A stretch of 21,049 nt of DNA from an uncultured Clostridia bacterium (GTDB taxonomy: Bacteria; Bacillota; Clostridia; TANB77; CAG-508). Location: NCBI GenBank assembly GCA_963558405.1, contig CAUWGC010000022.1, forward strand, positions 1-21,049. The letters are read 5' to 3'. The notes beneath the pieces were generated by a model that searched no databases, was not told the origin of the DNA, and was given only the letters and a program-made list of their open reading frames with translations. The translations under genes were made by a program, and so were the position numbers. Below, piece by piece: positions 7,428-17,756 of this stretch (positions within the stretch are counted from its first letter, which is position 1; every line of letters begins with the position of its first letter).

Positions 7428-9413
7428 TTAATTTTCTTCTATTGTTTCTTCTTTGTTGCCACCTAGTCTAAATTTATATTTGTCTAAAATATTACCCAAT
7501 TCTTTAGAGAATCCTTTTAACATAACTACTTTTATTGTAGTTTCTTTTCCTGATACATAATCATCAATTACCTGTTTTAGTTTTTTAATATTTTTCATTT
7601 CTGGCTCTATTTCTTTAGTATACATATTTGCTCTGTTAGCAAGCATTTCTTTAATTGATACAATATCTTCGTTACTTGCGCAAGAAATTCTTTGGAACAT
7701 TTGGAATGTATCATAATATTTAAATATTGGCACATTCATACACTCTTTAGCAAATTTATCATAAAATTGTTCCATTTTCATTGGAATACATTTAAATAAC
7801 TCTTCAGCTCTTTCTGCATACATCTTGTCTTTTAATGTTGCATTTAAATTATTAAAATGTTTTAATATATCTTCCATATCAATAGCTACATCGTTTACTG
7901 CTATTTGTGATAGTTCCTCTTCTACATTATCACAATATTCTGATGTAAGTGAAGAAATATTCATACCATTTAAAAATACACTTTTTATTGTTTTTAAATC
8001 ATAGTCTATTAATCCTTTTTGTATAAAGTAGTTAAAATAAGCATATAGTTTTACAATATCAATTAATCTTATTGTTCCATTTTTTACAGATGTTAATACT
8101 TCATCAATAACTGCTGGGAATTGGTCATCTGTAATTTTCCAGTATTCTTCTGTAAGTAATCTTTTATATCCTGGAAGTTTATCTGTATCTACTGTATTAA
8201 TAATTGTTTCCATATCTTCTTTAAATACTCTCATATCAAATATTCTTGTTCTAACATATATTTCAATAAATTTAAAGAAACGATATTCTGCTTTAAAGTT
8301 GTAGTAATAGTTATTATCAAATTCTTTTATATAAAATTGTCTGTTATCCATAAACACCCTAGAAGAAACTAATGTTGCTTTATATTCTTCATTGTTTTGG
8401 ATATTAACAAATTTATCTTTTGTAATTTTACCAGCTTTTATTTCAAATGAAATAGCTATTGTAAAAATTAACATTGTTTGTAATACTCTATTATTTGTAT
8501 TTGGATGTGCTTTATTTACCATGTCAAATATTTTTTTAAAGTCTGTTAAAGCATGTTTTAAAATTCTTAAGTTTTTGGTTCCACTTTTATTAAAAGTAGA
8601 AATAATTAAATTTGTATTTTCTCTTAAAAATCTAATAAGTTCTGGATATCTTTCGTAACGCATTAATAGTCCGTTTATAATATAGTTAAATTCTGGAGCG
8701 TATTCAAAAGTTTCTCCTATTAATTTTTCTTTTATTCTTTCATAATCATTTGCTTTATCAAATACTTCTTCTATTGTTTCTTGTATTTTTTCTACCATTG
8801 GTTTATCTGATTTAACTGATAAATCTTCTTCTTTATCTAATAGATAAGTTGCAATAAAAGTTTTCATTTCTAGGTTAGAACTTTTAAGTTTTGTAGATAA
8901 CTCTTTTTCGTTACAAATTATAATTGTTTTAATATGGTCATGTTCTACAAAGTTATTAATATAACCTAAAATATCTATAACATCAACATTTGCTCTTTCT
9001 AGGTCATCAAAACAAAGTACCTTGTCATCTGTAGAGAAAAATTTACTATAATCAATTTTATCTCCATTTTGTGTAACACCAAAAAAGTTTGCCATGTCTA
9101 ATCCTGTTTTTGCATATTCTGGTATATTAGTTTGCCCATTTACTTGCATGTATTTTTTTAGATTTTTATCCATAAGCTGTGTTGTTTCAATAAATATTTT
9201 TTTGCTTATTTCTTCCAAATTAGAAATACCATATAAAGACATATAAATGGTAGTATATTGTTTTCCATTTAATTGCATTGTTTCTATTTTATTTCTAATT
9301 TTATGGTTCCAAAAGTAAGTTTTACCGCTTCCCCATTCACCATTAATCATAATAGCATAATCTGTATAATCTGCTCTTACATAATCTAATATGCTTTCAA
9401 CTAAATCATCCAT
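7428..9413 (-). CDS. KAP-family P-loop NTPase
   Basis: N-terminal YAIMINGEWGSGKT (Walker A), YMSLYG, VLCFDDLER (Walker B), KTIIICNE, KEKLIG and NLRIL, then a long helical C-terminal region. No TM segments. Confidence 0.85.
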   Translation of the reverse strand: MDDLVESILDYVRADYTDYAIMINGEWGSGKTYFWNHKIRNKIETMQLNGKQYTTIYMSLYGISNLEEISKKIFIETTQLMDKNLKKYMQVNGQTNIPEYAKTGLDMANFFGVTQNGDKIDYSKFFSTDDKVLCFDDLERANVDVIDILGYINNFVEHDHIKTIIICNEKELSTKLKSSNLEMKTFIATYLLDKEEDLSVKSDKPMVEKIQETIEEVFDKANDYERIKEKLIGETFEYAPEFNYIINGLLMRYERYPELIRFLRENTNLIISTFNKSGTKNLRILKHALTDFKKIFDMVNKAHPNTNNRVLQTMLIFTIAISFEIKAGKITKDKFVNIQNNEEYKATLVSSRVFMDNRQFYIKEFDNNYYYNFKAEYRFFKFIEIYVRTRIFDMRVFKEDMETIINTVDTDKLPGYKRLLTEEYWKITDDQFPAVIDEVLTSVKNGTIRLIDIVKLYAYFNYFIQKGLIDYDLKTIKSVFLNGMNISSLTSEYCDNVEEELSQIAVNDVAIDMEDILKHFNNLNATLKDKMYAERAEELFKCIPMKMEQFYDKFAKECMNVPIFKYYDTFQMFQRISCASNEDIVSIKEMLANRANMYTKEIEPEMKNIKKLKQVIDDYVSGKETTIKVVMLKGFSKELGNILDKYKFRLGGNKEETIEEN

Positions 9414-9433
9414 TTTACTTTTTCATCCTTTCT

Positions 9434-10096
9434 TTAATCTTTTGCTATTGTAAATATTCCAATTTTGCTAACACCAGCTGTTTTTATAACTTTTGCACAT
9501 TCATTTAAAGTACTTCCTGTTGTATATACATCATCAAAAATTACAACTTTTTTATTTTGTAAATTTTGTATATTTTGTAATTTATATACACCTTTTACAT
9601 TTTGCTCTCTTTGTTCTTTACTTAAAGTACTTTGTGGTACAATGTTTTTTATTTTTATTAAACAATTGGTTTCAACTTTTATATTTAAAGTTTTCCCAAT
9701 TTCTATTGCAATTAATTCACTTTGATTATATCCTCTTTTTAATTTTCTATTTTTATGTATTGGAACTGGGATTATTATATCATATTTTTTTAAAAATCTA
9801 CAAGCTTTTTCATTTTTTAATATAATTTTTGAAATAGTGCGATATATGTATGGTTTGTTATGAAATTTATATAATAATAATGCTTTTTTTATATATTCAC
9901 CTTTATATGAAAAAGCAAAAAATCCATCTTCATAAAAAGCTTTAAGATAGCCCCTATGCTTATTTTCCGCTTCTTTTTGTATTTTTATTAAACACTTTTT
10001 GCAAATCCATTCTTCGTTTATTTTTCCACATATACCACAAACTGGTGGATATATACTAGAAATAAAAAAATTGAGAATTAATTTTAGAATTTTCAT
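9434..10096 (-). CDS. comF: ComF/ComFC family protein (zinc ribbon plus PRT domain)
   Basis: CGICG...CKKC, IIPVPIH, RGYNQSEL, QSTLS, VVIFDDVYTTGSTL. Confidence 0.92.
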   Translation of the reverse strand: MKILKLILNFFISSIYPPVCGICGKINEEWICKKCLIKIQKEAENKHRGYLKAFYEDGFFAFSYKGEYIKKALLLYKFHNKPYIYRTISKIILKNEKACRFLKKYDIIIPVPIHKNRKLKRGYNQSELIAIEIGKTLNIKVETNCLIKIKNIVPQSTLSKEQREQNVKGVYKLQNIQNLQNKKVVIFDDVYTTGSTLNECAKVIKTAGVSKIGIFTIAKD

Positions 10097-10126
10097 GTAA
10101 CCTCCTAAAAATAACCCCCATTTAAT

Positions 10127-12340
10127 TTATATATTTTCTAATTTATATGCAAGACCCGTATTTCTTTTCTTTATATCATTATTTTCTATCATTGAATTAA
10201 TAACATTATCATACCCAATTACAATAAGAAGCTTTTTTGCTCTTGTTATACCTGTGTACAATAAATTCCTTGTAAGTAACATTGGACTAGATGGAAAAAT
10301 TGGTATAATAACAACATCAAACTCGCTCCCTTGAGCTTTATGTATTGTAATACAATACGCAAGTTCTATTTGATCTAGCTCCGAATACTCATACCATGCT
10401 ATCTTTTCATCATCATATTGTATTTTTACCCTTTTATTTTGTTCATCTATTTTTAAAATAGTTCCTAACTCTCCATTAAACACCCCAGTACCAGTTTCGT
10501 AAGTATCAGTCTGCCTCTCCCAAAAAATATCATAATTATTTTTAATTTGCATAATCCTATCACCTTTACGATAGGTATAGCCAGAATTTGTTTTTTCTGG
10601 TTCACCATCTTTTGCAGGATTTAACTCTTTTTGCAACTCTTCATTTAAACTTTTAGTACCAAGTTTTCCTTTTTTTGTAGGAGATAATATTTGAATATTA
10701 CTAAAAAAATCATAATTTCCGTAGCTTTGTAATCTCCCCTTACAAAGTGAAATAATTTGATTAGTAATCTCATCTTGTGAATGTGAATTTATATAAAAGA
10801 AATCCTTTTTTGTATTATCAGCCTCTTCTTCCTTTTTTAGAAACCTTTTCCCCTCATTTACCCTATGTGCATTTACAATTATTTTACTTTCTGCAGCTTG
10901 TCTAAAAATTTTATTTAACACTACAGTATTTATTTCCTCTGACTCAATTATATCCTTTAAAATATTTCCAGGTCCTACTGATGGTAACTGGTCAATATCA
11001 CCTACTAATACCAATTTTGTAGTATTGTAAATTGCCTTCATTAAATAACTTGTTAAAAACAAATCCATCATAGAAGCTTCATCTACAATAATAATATCTG
11101 CATCAATAGGTGCAACTTCAATAGAATTTCTTGAATAAATATCTTCCTGCACTTTTCCAATTTCTAATAAACGATGAAGTGTCTTAGCATCTTCACCTGT
11201 TGCTTCTGTCATCCTTTTAGCAGCTCTTCCTGTTGGAGCACATAGAACAGGTTTTAATCCATGCTTTTTATATATCTCTATTATTGTTTTAATAATAGTA
11301 GTCTTACCTGTACCAGGTCCTCCTGTGATAATTGTAACATTTGATTCGTTTACAATATTTACAGCCTCTTTTTGTTTATCTGATAAAACAATATCTTGAC
11401 TTTTTTCTATTTGTTTGATTTCCTTTTCAAAATTATTTATTTTTTTAGTATTATCACTTTCTCGTAACCTAATTAACTTTTCCGCTACAATTTTTTCTGC
11501 TTCATAAAAAGGAGTTAAATAAACCCATTCTTCACTATCTCTATCTTCTAAAACAATGTCACCTTTTACTTTTAAATCTATAATTGTATCCTCAATTTGA
11601 TCTTCTGAAACACCTAAAAGAGATTTTTCAAATAATACTAAGTTCTCATATAATGTACAACAATGTCCATTATACGAAATTTGATTTAATCCATATTTAA
11701 TACCACTTCTTATTCTTTTTCTGCTATCTTGCACTATACCTTGTTCCATAGCTATTTTATCTATTTGTTTAAAATCAACACTTGGAAGAATATCAACTAA
11801 TATATATGGATTCTCCTCAATTTGCGCTTTTGCATTATTTCCTAAGCTATCATATACAGTCTTGGCACTAGTAGCAGAAACACCAAACTTTTCTAAAAAG
11901 CTAACCAAATTCCACATTTCCCAATTTAAATTAAACTCCTCAGAAATGCTAATAGCCCTTTCCTCTGTAATACCCTTTACAACAGCTAGTTTTTTAGGTT
12001 CATACTTTAAAATATGTAAAGTCTCCTCACCAAAAGTTTGCACAATCTTTTTAGCAGTAGCAGGACCAATACCTTTTATAATACCATTTGCCAAATACTT
12101 CTCTAAAGCAACCTCTGTCTGAGGCATAATCTTTTCAAAAGTATCAATTTTAAACTGCTCACCATATTCTATATGATTTACCATATTACCAATTAACTTT
12201 AAACTATCACCACATTGAATAAACGGTAAATACCCAACAACAGTAAGAAGCTCCTCATCACCTGTTGCAAAATTTGCAATACAATAACCATTACTATCAT
12301 TTTTATATATTATATCCTCAACTTGACCAACTATCTCCAA
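10127..12340 (-). CDS. recD2: ATP-dependent RecD-like DNA helicase RecD2; start re-assigned to TTG at 12340
   Basis: IKGIGPATA (HhH), TGGPGTGKTT, APTGRAAKRM, VDEASM, VGDIDQLPSVGPG, IFRQ, YCITIHKAQGSEF, LYTGITRAK. AGAGGA RBS 9 nt before TTG GAG ATA GTT; the longer ORF-track start overlaps the promoter. Confidence 0.95.
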   Translation of the reverse strand: MEIVGQVEDIIYKNDSNGYCIANFATGDEELLTVVGYLPFIQCGDSLKLIGNMVNHIEYGEQFKIDTFEKIMPQTEVALEKYLANGIIKGIGPATAKKIVQTFGEETLHILKYEPKKLAVVKGITEERAISISEEFNLNWEMWNLVSFLEKFGVSATSAKTVYDSLGNNAKAQIEENPYILVDILPSVDFKQIDKIAMEQGIVQDSRKRIRSGIKYGLNQISYNGHCCTLYENLVLFEKSLLGVSEDQIEDTIIDLKVKGDIVLEDRDSEEWVYLTPFYEAEKIVAEKLIRLRESDNTKKINNFEKEIKQIEKSQDIVLSDKQKEAVNIVNESNVTIITGGPGTGKTTIIKTIIEIYKKHGLKPVLCAPTGRAAKRMTEATGEDAKTLHRLLEIGKVQEDIYSRNSIEVAPIDADIIIVDEASMMDLFLTSYLMKAIYNTTKLVLVGDIDQLPSVGPGNILKDIIESEEINTVVLNKIFRQAAESKIIVNAHRVNEGKRFLKKEEEADNTKKDFFYINSHSQDEITNQIISLCKGRLQSYGNYDFFSNIQILSPTKKGKLGTKSLNEELQKELNPAKDGEPEKTNSGYTYRKGDRIMQIKNNYDIFWERQTDTYETGTGVFNGELGTILKIDEQNKRVKIQYDDEKIAWYEYSELDQIELAYCITIHKAQGSEFDVVIIPIFPSSPMLLTRNLLYTGITRAKKLLIVIGYDNVINSMIENNDIKKRNTGLAYKLENI

Positions 12341-12374
12341 CTCTAAATGTCCTCTTTCAATTAATTTTAGCTTC

Positions 12375-12403
12375 ATTGTATCAAATAAAAAAGAAAAATA
12401 CAA
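12375..12403 (-). promoter_or_regulatory. Sigma-A promoter for the recD2-comF cluster
   Basis: TTGTAT (12403-12398), 17 nt, TACAAT (12380-12375) with extended TGn. Confidence 0.6.
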
Positions 12404-12420
12404 TAATTTATTGTATTTTT
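12394..12420 (-). terminator. 12-bp inverted repeat: terminator of the upstream gene and/or operator overlapping the recD2 -35
   Basis: AAAAATACAATA-att-TATTGTATTTTT. Confidence 0.5.
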
Positions 12421-12457
12421 CTGTACTTTTGTTCGGTAAAACAACTACTATTTACTT

Positions 12458-12811
12458 CTATTGTTCCTCTACACTATCCATAATATTCTTGCAATCCTTC
12501 CAATCAATTACATGCAAAAAAGGATAATCTTCACTTAATTTTTTTGCAATCTCTCTTGTTTCGTCTTTTGAAGCTAAATCTGCAATTACAATATCTTTAA
12601 CATATTCCTCTTTTCCATAAAGTAATCTAAAAATTATGCTTCTTAAAAATCCTTCTATTGTATTTGCTTGATTTTTAGTTGCAATTATTACATAAATACC
12701 ATCTGCCTTTAAATGTGTATATGTACATACATATATAATGCTTTTTATAATTTCAAAAAGACCATATAAAGCCAAAGTCCATAAGACCATATTCAATAAA
12801 AAATCTGCCAT
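12458..12811 (-). CDS. Small membrane protein with a partial glycosyltransferase family 2-like domain
   Basis: N-terminal TM helix. IYVIIATKNQANTIEGFLRSI...IVIADLASKDETREIAKKL resembles the GT2 N-terminal motifs. AGGAGG RBS. Confidence 0.7.
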   Translation of the reverse strand: MADFLLNMVLWTLALYGLFEIIKSIIYVCTYTHLKADGIYVIIATKNQANTIEGFLRSIIFRLLYGKEEYVKDIVIADLASKDETREIAKKLSEDYPFLHVIDWKDCKNIMDSVEEQ

Positions 12812-12888
12812 ATTTACGCCTCCTATAAGGTATCATATGATAGATTTTTATTTTTTGTTCTATATTTTATTATACAAATATATTTTGT

Positions 12889-13998
12889 TTATAACTCTAC
12901 TACTCTTTCCCATGGTAAGTCGTTTTTACCAAAATGTCCATAGTTAGTAGTTTTTGCATATATTGGATTTCTTAATCCTAAATATTCTATTATTCCATTT
13001 GGTGTTAAATCAAATTTTTCTTTTATTTTTTTGATAATCTCTTCTTCTGGAATAGTATTTGTCCCAAATGTATTAATATAAATAGACATTGGCTCTTTCA
13101 TTCCAATAGCATAAGCTATTTGTAATTCACATTTTTTTGCTAAATTACTTGCAATTACAGATTTTGCAATATGTCTTAACATATATGCTGCTGATCTATC
13201 TACTTTGCTAGGATCTTTTCCAGAAAATGCACCTCCTCCATGACGGCTATATCCTCCATAAGTATCTACAATAATTTTTCTACCAGTTAAACCTGTATCT
13301 CCTAAAGGTCCTCCTATAACAAATCTTCCTGTTGGATTTACATATATTTTTGTATTAGAATCAATATACTTTTTATCAATAGTTGGAATAATTACTTCTT
13401 TTATAATATCTTCTTTCATTTTGTTTAAGTCAATATTTTCATCATGTTGGTTTGATATTAAAATAGTTTCTATTCTTTTTGGTATATTTTCTTCATATTC
13501 TACTGTTACTTGTGTTTTTCCATCTGGTTTTAAATATGGTAATATTTTTTCTTTTCTTACTAATGTTAATCTTTTTGCTAATTTATGTGCCATACTAATT
13601 GCAAAAGGCATATATTCTTCTGTTTCGGAACTAGCATATCCAAACATTATTCCTTGGTCTCCTGCTCCTCCTACATCTACTCCCATTGCTATATCTGGAC
13701 TTTGTTTTGTTAAATTTACTATTACATTACATGTTCTATAATCTATTCCTGTTTTACTATCATCATATCCAATTTCTTTTAATGTATCTCTTACAATTTT
13801 TTCTACATTTATATTTGCAGTTGTTGTAATTTCACCTGCAACAGTAATAGTATCTTTTGCAGCAAAAGTTTCTGCTGCAACTCTAGAATTTTTGTCTTGT
13901 TCTAAACATGCATCTAAAATTTTATCAGATATTAAATCACAAACTTTGTCTGGATGTCCTTCTGTTACACTTTCTGATGTAAACATATATTTTTTCAT
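12889..13998 (-). CDS. metK: S-adenosylmethionine synthetase
   Basis: [43 protein letters not shown]. Confidence 0.97.
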   Translation of the reverse strand: MKKYMFTSESVTEGHPDKVCDLISDKILDACLEQDKNSRVAAETFAAKDTITVAGEITTTANINVEKIVRDTLKEIGYDDSKTGIDYRTCNVIVNLTKQSPDIAMGVDVGGAGDQGIMFGYASSETEEYMPFAISMAHKLAKRLTLVRKEKILPYLKPDGKTQVTVEYEENIPKRIETILISNQHDENIDLNKMKEDIIKEVIIPTIDKKYIDSNTKIYVNPTGRFVIGGPLGDTGLTGRKIIVDTYGGYSRHGGGAFSGKDPSKVDRSAAYMLRHIAKSVIASNLAKKCELQIAYAIGMKEPMSIYINTFGTNTIPEEEIIKKIKEKFDLTPNGIIEYLGLRNPIYAKTTNYGHFGKNDLPWERVVEL

Positions 13999-14046
13999 AC
14001 TTTCTACTCTTCTTTCTTTATTATATATTATCTATTTTAGGCAAAT

Positions 14047-14081
14047 AAAAAGCCATCAAAAATAAACATTTTGTGGCTCTT
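14047..14081 (-). terminator. Terminator after rplQ
   Basis: Imperfect AGCCA-CAAAA / TTTTG-TGGCT stem with U tract on the minus strand. Confidence 0.6.
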
Positions 14082-14093
14082 TATATTTAAATT

Positions 14094-14618
14094 TTATAAT
14101 AATTCTAGAATAGCAACTTCTGCTGCATCTCCACGTCTTGGTCCTGCTTTTACTATTCTTGTATATCCACCAACTCTACCTTCGTATTTTGGTGCAATTT
14201 CGTTAAATAGTTTTGCAATAACATCAATGCTATTTCCTTCACTATCTTTAACTTTATTGATTGTTTTCATCATTTTTCTTCTAGCATTTAATCTTGAAGG
14301 CATATCTTTTTGTCTTTTTTCCATAGTAGTTTCTTTTACTACTTTTAGATATTCTTTACCGTTTTTGCTTTTTACAAGCTCTGTTACTTTATTACCTTTG
14401 CTATCTAATTTAGCTTTTACTACTTTAGTATCTACCATTTCGTAGTTATCTTTTTCTTTAATAGCAAGTGATATTATACTATCAGCAATAGCTTTAATTT
14501 CTTTTGCTCTTTCTAATGTTGTTTCTATTTTACCATGTAACATTAAGTCTGTTACTTGTGTTCTAAGCATTGCCATTCTAATGTCTGTTTTTTTGCCTAA
14601 TTTTCTATTCTTTGCCAC
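14094..14618 (-). CDS. rplQ: 50S ribosomal protein L17 (long form with internal insertion), GTG start
   Basis: RKLGK...R.AMLR, GKIETT...[21 protein letters not shown]. Follows rpoA. Confidence 0.95.
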   Translation of the reverse strand: MAKNRKLGKKTDIRMAMLRTQVTDLMLHGKIETTLERAKEIKAIADSIISLAIKEKDNYEMVDTKVVKAKLDSKGNKVTELVKSKNGKEYLKVVKETTMEKRQKDMPSRLNARRKMMKTINKVKDSEGNSIDVIAKLFNEIAPKYEGRVGGYTRIVKAGPRRGDAAEVAILELL

Positions 14619-14641
14619 TCTTTTTCACCTTCCCTTTATAC

Positions 14642-15589
14642 TTATTCTTCTTCCTTAGCAAAGTCAAATCCTAACACATGTAATTTGTTGGTTACTTCGT
14701 CTAATGATTTCTTACCTAGATTTCTTACTTTCATCATATCAGATTCTGTTTTATTAATTAAATCTTCTACAGTAGAAATTCCTGCTCTTTTTAAACAATT
14801 GAAAGAACGAACAGATAATTCTAAATCTTCGATAGACATCTCTAAGACTTTTTCTTTTTTATTTTCTTCTTTTTCTATCATAACTTGTGTGTTTTTTGCA
14901 GTTTCTGAAAGATCTATAAATAATTCTAAATGACCTGTCATAACTTTTGCAGCTAAACTTAATGCTTCGTATGGTTGTAAACTACCATCTGTCCAAACTT
15001 CGATGGTTAATTTATCATAATCTACCATTTGTCCAACTCTAGTATTTTCAACAGAATAATTTACTTTTTTTACTGGTGTATAAATAGAGTCTATTGGTAA
15101 TACATTAATTGCTTGATCTGGTTTTTTATTTTTTTCTGCAGTATTATATCCTCTTCCCATATCAGCTGTCATTTCTATTACAAGATGTCCTCCTTCTGAA
15201 ACAGTTGCAATATGTAAATCTGGATTTAATATTTGTACTTCGCTATCTGCAATAATGTCTCCTGCTGTAACTTCTCCTTCACCATTAAAGTCAATACGTA
15301 AAGTTTTCTCTTCGTTATGATCTAACTTTAAACGAACACCTTTTAGATTAACAATAATTTCTGGAACATCTTCTACTACATTAGGAATTGTAGAAAATTC
15401 ATGAACAACTCCATCAATTTTTATGCTTGTAATAGCACTTCCTGGAAGTGAAGAAAGTAATATTCTTCTTAAAGAATTTCCAATTGTTACACCATATCCA
15501 CGTTCTAATGGTTCACAAACAAATTTACCATAATTATTTTTATTATCCATCTCTAAGCATTTAATATTTGGCTTTTCAAATTCTATCAT
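14642..15589 (-). CDS. rpoA: RNA polymerase alpha subunit
   Basis: [46 protein letters not shown]. Confidence 0.98.
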   Translation of the reverse strand: MIEFEKPNIKCLEMDNKNNYGKFVCEPLERGYGVTIGNSLRRILLSSLPGSAITSIKIDGVVHEFSTIPNVVEDVPEIIVNLKGVRLKLDHNEEKTLRIDFNGEGEVTAGDIIADSEVQILNPDLHIATVSEGGHLVIEMTADMGRGYNTAEKNKKPDQAINVLPIDSIYTPVKKVNYSVENTRVGQMVDYDKLTIEVWTDGSLQPYEALSLAAKVMTGHLELFIDLSETAKNTQVMIEKEENKKEKVLEMSIEDLELSVRSFNCLKRAGISTVEDLINKTESDMMKVRNLGKKSLDEVTNKLHVLGFDFAKEEE

Positions 15590-15718
15590 TTTTACCTCCT
15601 AATAGAGAAAGATGGATGTATCTTTCTTAATCATCATACATTTTCGTTCTCTAATTATTTTTTTAGAAATATGTAAAACAAATTTTAAGAATATTATTTT
15701 TCTTATTGTTTTCCAATT

Positions 15719-16345
15719 TTATTTAGAGTAAAGCTCTACTATTAAATGTTCTTCTATTGGTAGATCTACATCTTCTCTAGATGCTAATCTAACAACTTTT
15801 CCACTTAGAGCATTTTCATCTTTTTCTAACCATGTTGGAACTGGTTTTGCTCCATTTTGTTCGATAGATGCTTTAATAGCTCCACTTTCTTTTTTGATTT
15901 CTCTTACAGAAATAACGTCACCTGCTTTTACTAAATATGATGGTATATTTACTTTTTTACCATTTACATCAAAGTGACCATGTGTTACAAGCATTCTTGC
16001 TTGAGCTCTTGAAGAACCAAAACCTAATTTGTATACAACATTATCTAATCTGCTTTCTAATATTTGAAGTAAGTTTTCACCAGTAATTCCTTTTTTATTT
16101 GAAGCCATTGCAAAGTATTTTCTAAATTGCTTTTCTCCTACTCCATAATATGATTTTGTTTTTTGTTTTTCTCTTAATTGAGTACCATATTCAGAAAGTT
16201 TTTTCTTTTTTTGTCCATTTTGTCCTGGTGCATAGTTTCTTCTAGAAATACTACATTTATCGCTATAACATCTAGAACCTTTTAAGAACAATTTTTGACC
16301 TTCTCTACGGCATATTCTACATTGTTCATCTTTATATCTTGCCAT
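15719..16345 (-). CDS. rpsD: 30S ribosomal protein S4 (Cys-containing zinc form)
   Basis: MARY...[38 protein letters not shown]. Confidence 0.98.
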   Translation of the reverse strand: MARYKDEQCRICRREGQKLFLKGSRCYSDKCSISRRNYAPGQNGQKKKKLSEYGTQLREKQKTKSYYGVGEKQFRKYFAMASNKKGITGENLLQILESRLDNVVYKLGFGSSRAQARMLVTHGHFDVNGKKVNIPSYLVKAGDVISVREIKKESGAIKASIEQNGAKPVPTWLEKDENALSGKVVRLASREDVDLPIEEHLIVELYSK

Positions 16346-16363
16346 GAAAAATTTTACCCCCTT

Positions 16364-16765
16364 CTATACTCTTCTTCTTTTTGGTGGTCTGCATCCATTA
16401 TGAGGAATTGGTGTTACATCTTTTATAGCACTAATTTCCAATCCTGCTGTTTGAAGTGCTCTGATTGCAGCCTCACGTCCTGAACCAGGACCTTTTACAT
16501 ATACTTCTACTGTTTTTAATCCATGTTCCATTGCAGCTTTAGCAGCTATTTCTGCAGCTTCTCCTGCAGCAAATGGAGTAGATTTTCTTGAACCTTTAAA
16601 ACCAAGTTCTCCTGCACTTGCCCAAGATAAAACATTACCTTGTACATCGGTAAGTGTAACTATTGTATTGTTAAAACTAGAATGAATATGAGCTTGGCCT
16701 TTATCTATGTTTTTTCTATCTCTTCTTCTAGTTACTGTCTTTTTTGTTACATTTTTTGTAGCCAT
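16364..16765 (-). CDS. rpsK: 30S ribosomal protein S11
   Basis: [38 protein letters not shown]. Confidence 0.98.
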   Translation of the reverse strand: MATKNVTKKTVTRRRDRKNIDKGQAHIHSSFNNTIVTLTDVQGNVLSWASAGELGFKGSRKSTPFAAGEAAEIAAKAAMEHGLKTVEVYVKGPGSGREAAIRALQTAGLEISAIKDVTPIPHNGCRPPKRRRV

Positions 16766-16789
16766 ATCTTAGCTAACCCTCCTTAATTT

Positions 16790-17155
16790 TTATTTTGATT
16801 TTTTGCTTACTAATCTTCTTGGACCTTTTCTTGTACGAGCATTTGTTTTTGTTCTTTGTCCTCTTACAGGAAGACTTTTTCTATGTCTTAATCCTCTATA
16901 GCATCCAATTTCAGTAAGTCTTTTTATGTTAAGAGCAACATCTCTTCTTAAGTCACCTTCTACTTTGTAGCCTTCCATTTCTTTTCTAATAGCTGCAACT
17001 TGATCATCTGTTAAATCTTTAACTCTTGTATCTGGATTAACTCCTGCTGCTGCTAATATTTTTCTAGAACTTGATACTCCTATTCCATAAATATAAGTTA
17101 GTCCTATTTCTACTCTTTTTTCTCTAGGTAAATCTACTCCTGCTATACGAGCCAT
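16790..17155 (-). CDS. rpsM: 30S ribosomal protein S13; start at ATG 17155
   Basis: [42 protein letters not shown] before 17155. Confidence 0.98.
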   Translation of the reverse strand: MARIAGVDLPREKRVEIGLTYIYGIGVSSSRKILAAAGVNPDTRVKDLTDDQVAAIRKEMEGYKVEGDLRRDVALNIKRLTEIGCYRGLRHRKSLPVRGQRTKTNARTRKGPRRLVSKKSK

Positions 17156-17205
17156 ATTTTTTAGCACCTCCAAAATTTAATTCTTTTTGTTTTATTAATG
17201 TTTTT

Positions 17206-17346
17206 TCTTAAGGTTTTAAAAGTGAAATGTATGTTTAAAATATTAATTCGGATTGTAAGGTATATTTTAAACATCCTTTTAAAATTTTCTTAAGACATAT
17301 ATATAAACACAAATCTAGATAAATCAGCCGCACTAGAATTTGTGTT
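17206..17346 (-). promoter_or_regulatory. Structured rpmJ-rpsM intergenic region, candidate ribosomal protein leader RNA
   Basis: Long hairpin 17206-17295 with a perfect 13-bp core (17231-17243 / 17262-17274) and a second hairpin at 17306-17346. Confidence 0.45.
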
Positions 17347-17361
17347 AATATCAATTTTTTC

Positions 17362-17475
17362 TTATCCTTGTCTTTGCTTATGTTTAGGATTTTCACAGAT
17401 TACTCTGATAACTCCTTTTCTTTTTATTACTTTACATTTGTCACATATTTTTTTAACTGATGGTCTTACTTTCAT
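17362..17475 (-). CDS. rpmJ: 50S ribosomal protein L36 (37 aa, absent from the ORF track)
   Basis: Manual translation [48 protein letters not shown]. Confidence 0.97.
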   Translation of the reverse strand: MKVRPSVKKICDKCKVIKRKGVIRVICENPKHKQRQG

Positions 17476-17537
17476 TTCTACACCTCCTAAGAATTTATAT
17501 ATATATTCCTGCGGGTCAACAGTTTATTTCTTATGAC

Positions 17538-17756
17538 TTATTTTGCTCTCCAAGTTATTCTGCCTTTGTTTAAATCATATGGAGAAAGTTCCAATTTAAC
17601 TTTATCTCCTGGTAAAATTTTTATATAGTTTACTCTTAATTTTCCAGAGATATATGCTGTTACTTGGTGTCCATTGGCAAGTTCAACTATAAAATTTGTA
17701 TTTGGTAATGTTTCAACTACTGTACCTTCTACTTCTATAACATCTTCTTTTGCCAT
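17538..17756 (-). CDS. infA: Translation initiation factor IF-1; start at ATG 17756
   Basis: [11 protein letters not shown]...ISGK...[15 protein letters not shown] (72 aa). GGGAGGG RBS. Confidence 0.97.
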   Translation of the reverse strand: MAKEDVIEVEGTVVETLPNTNFIVELANGHQVTAYISGKLRVNYIKILPGDKVKLELSPYDLNKGRITWRAK

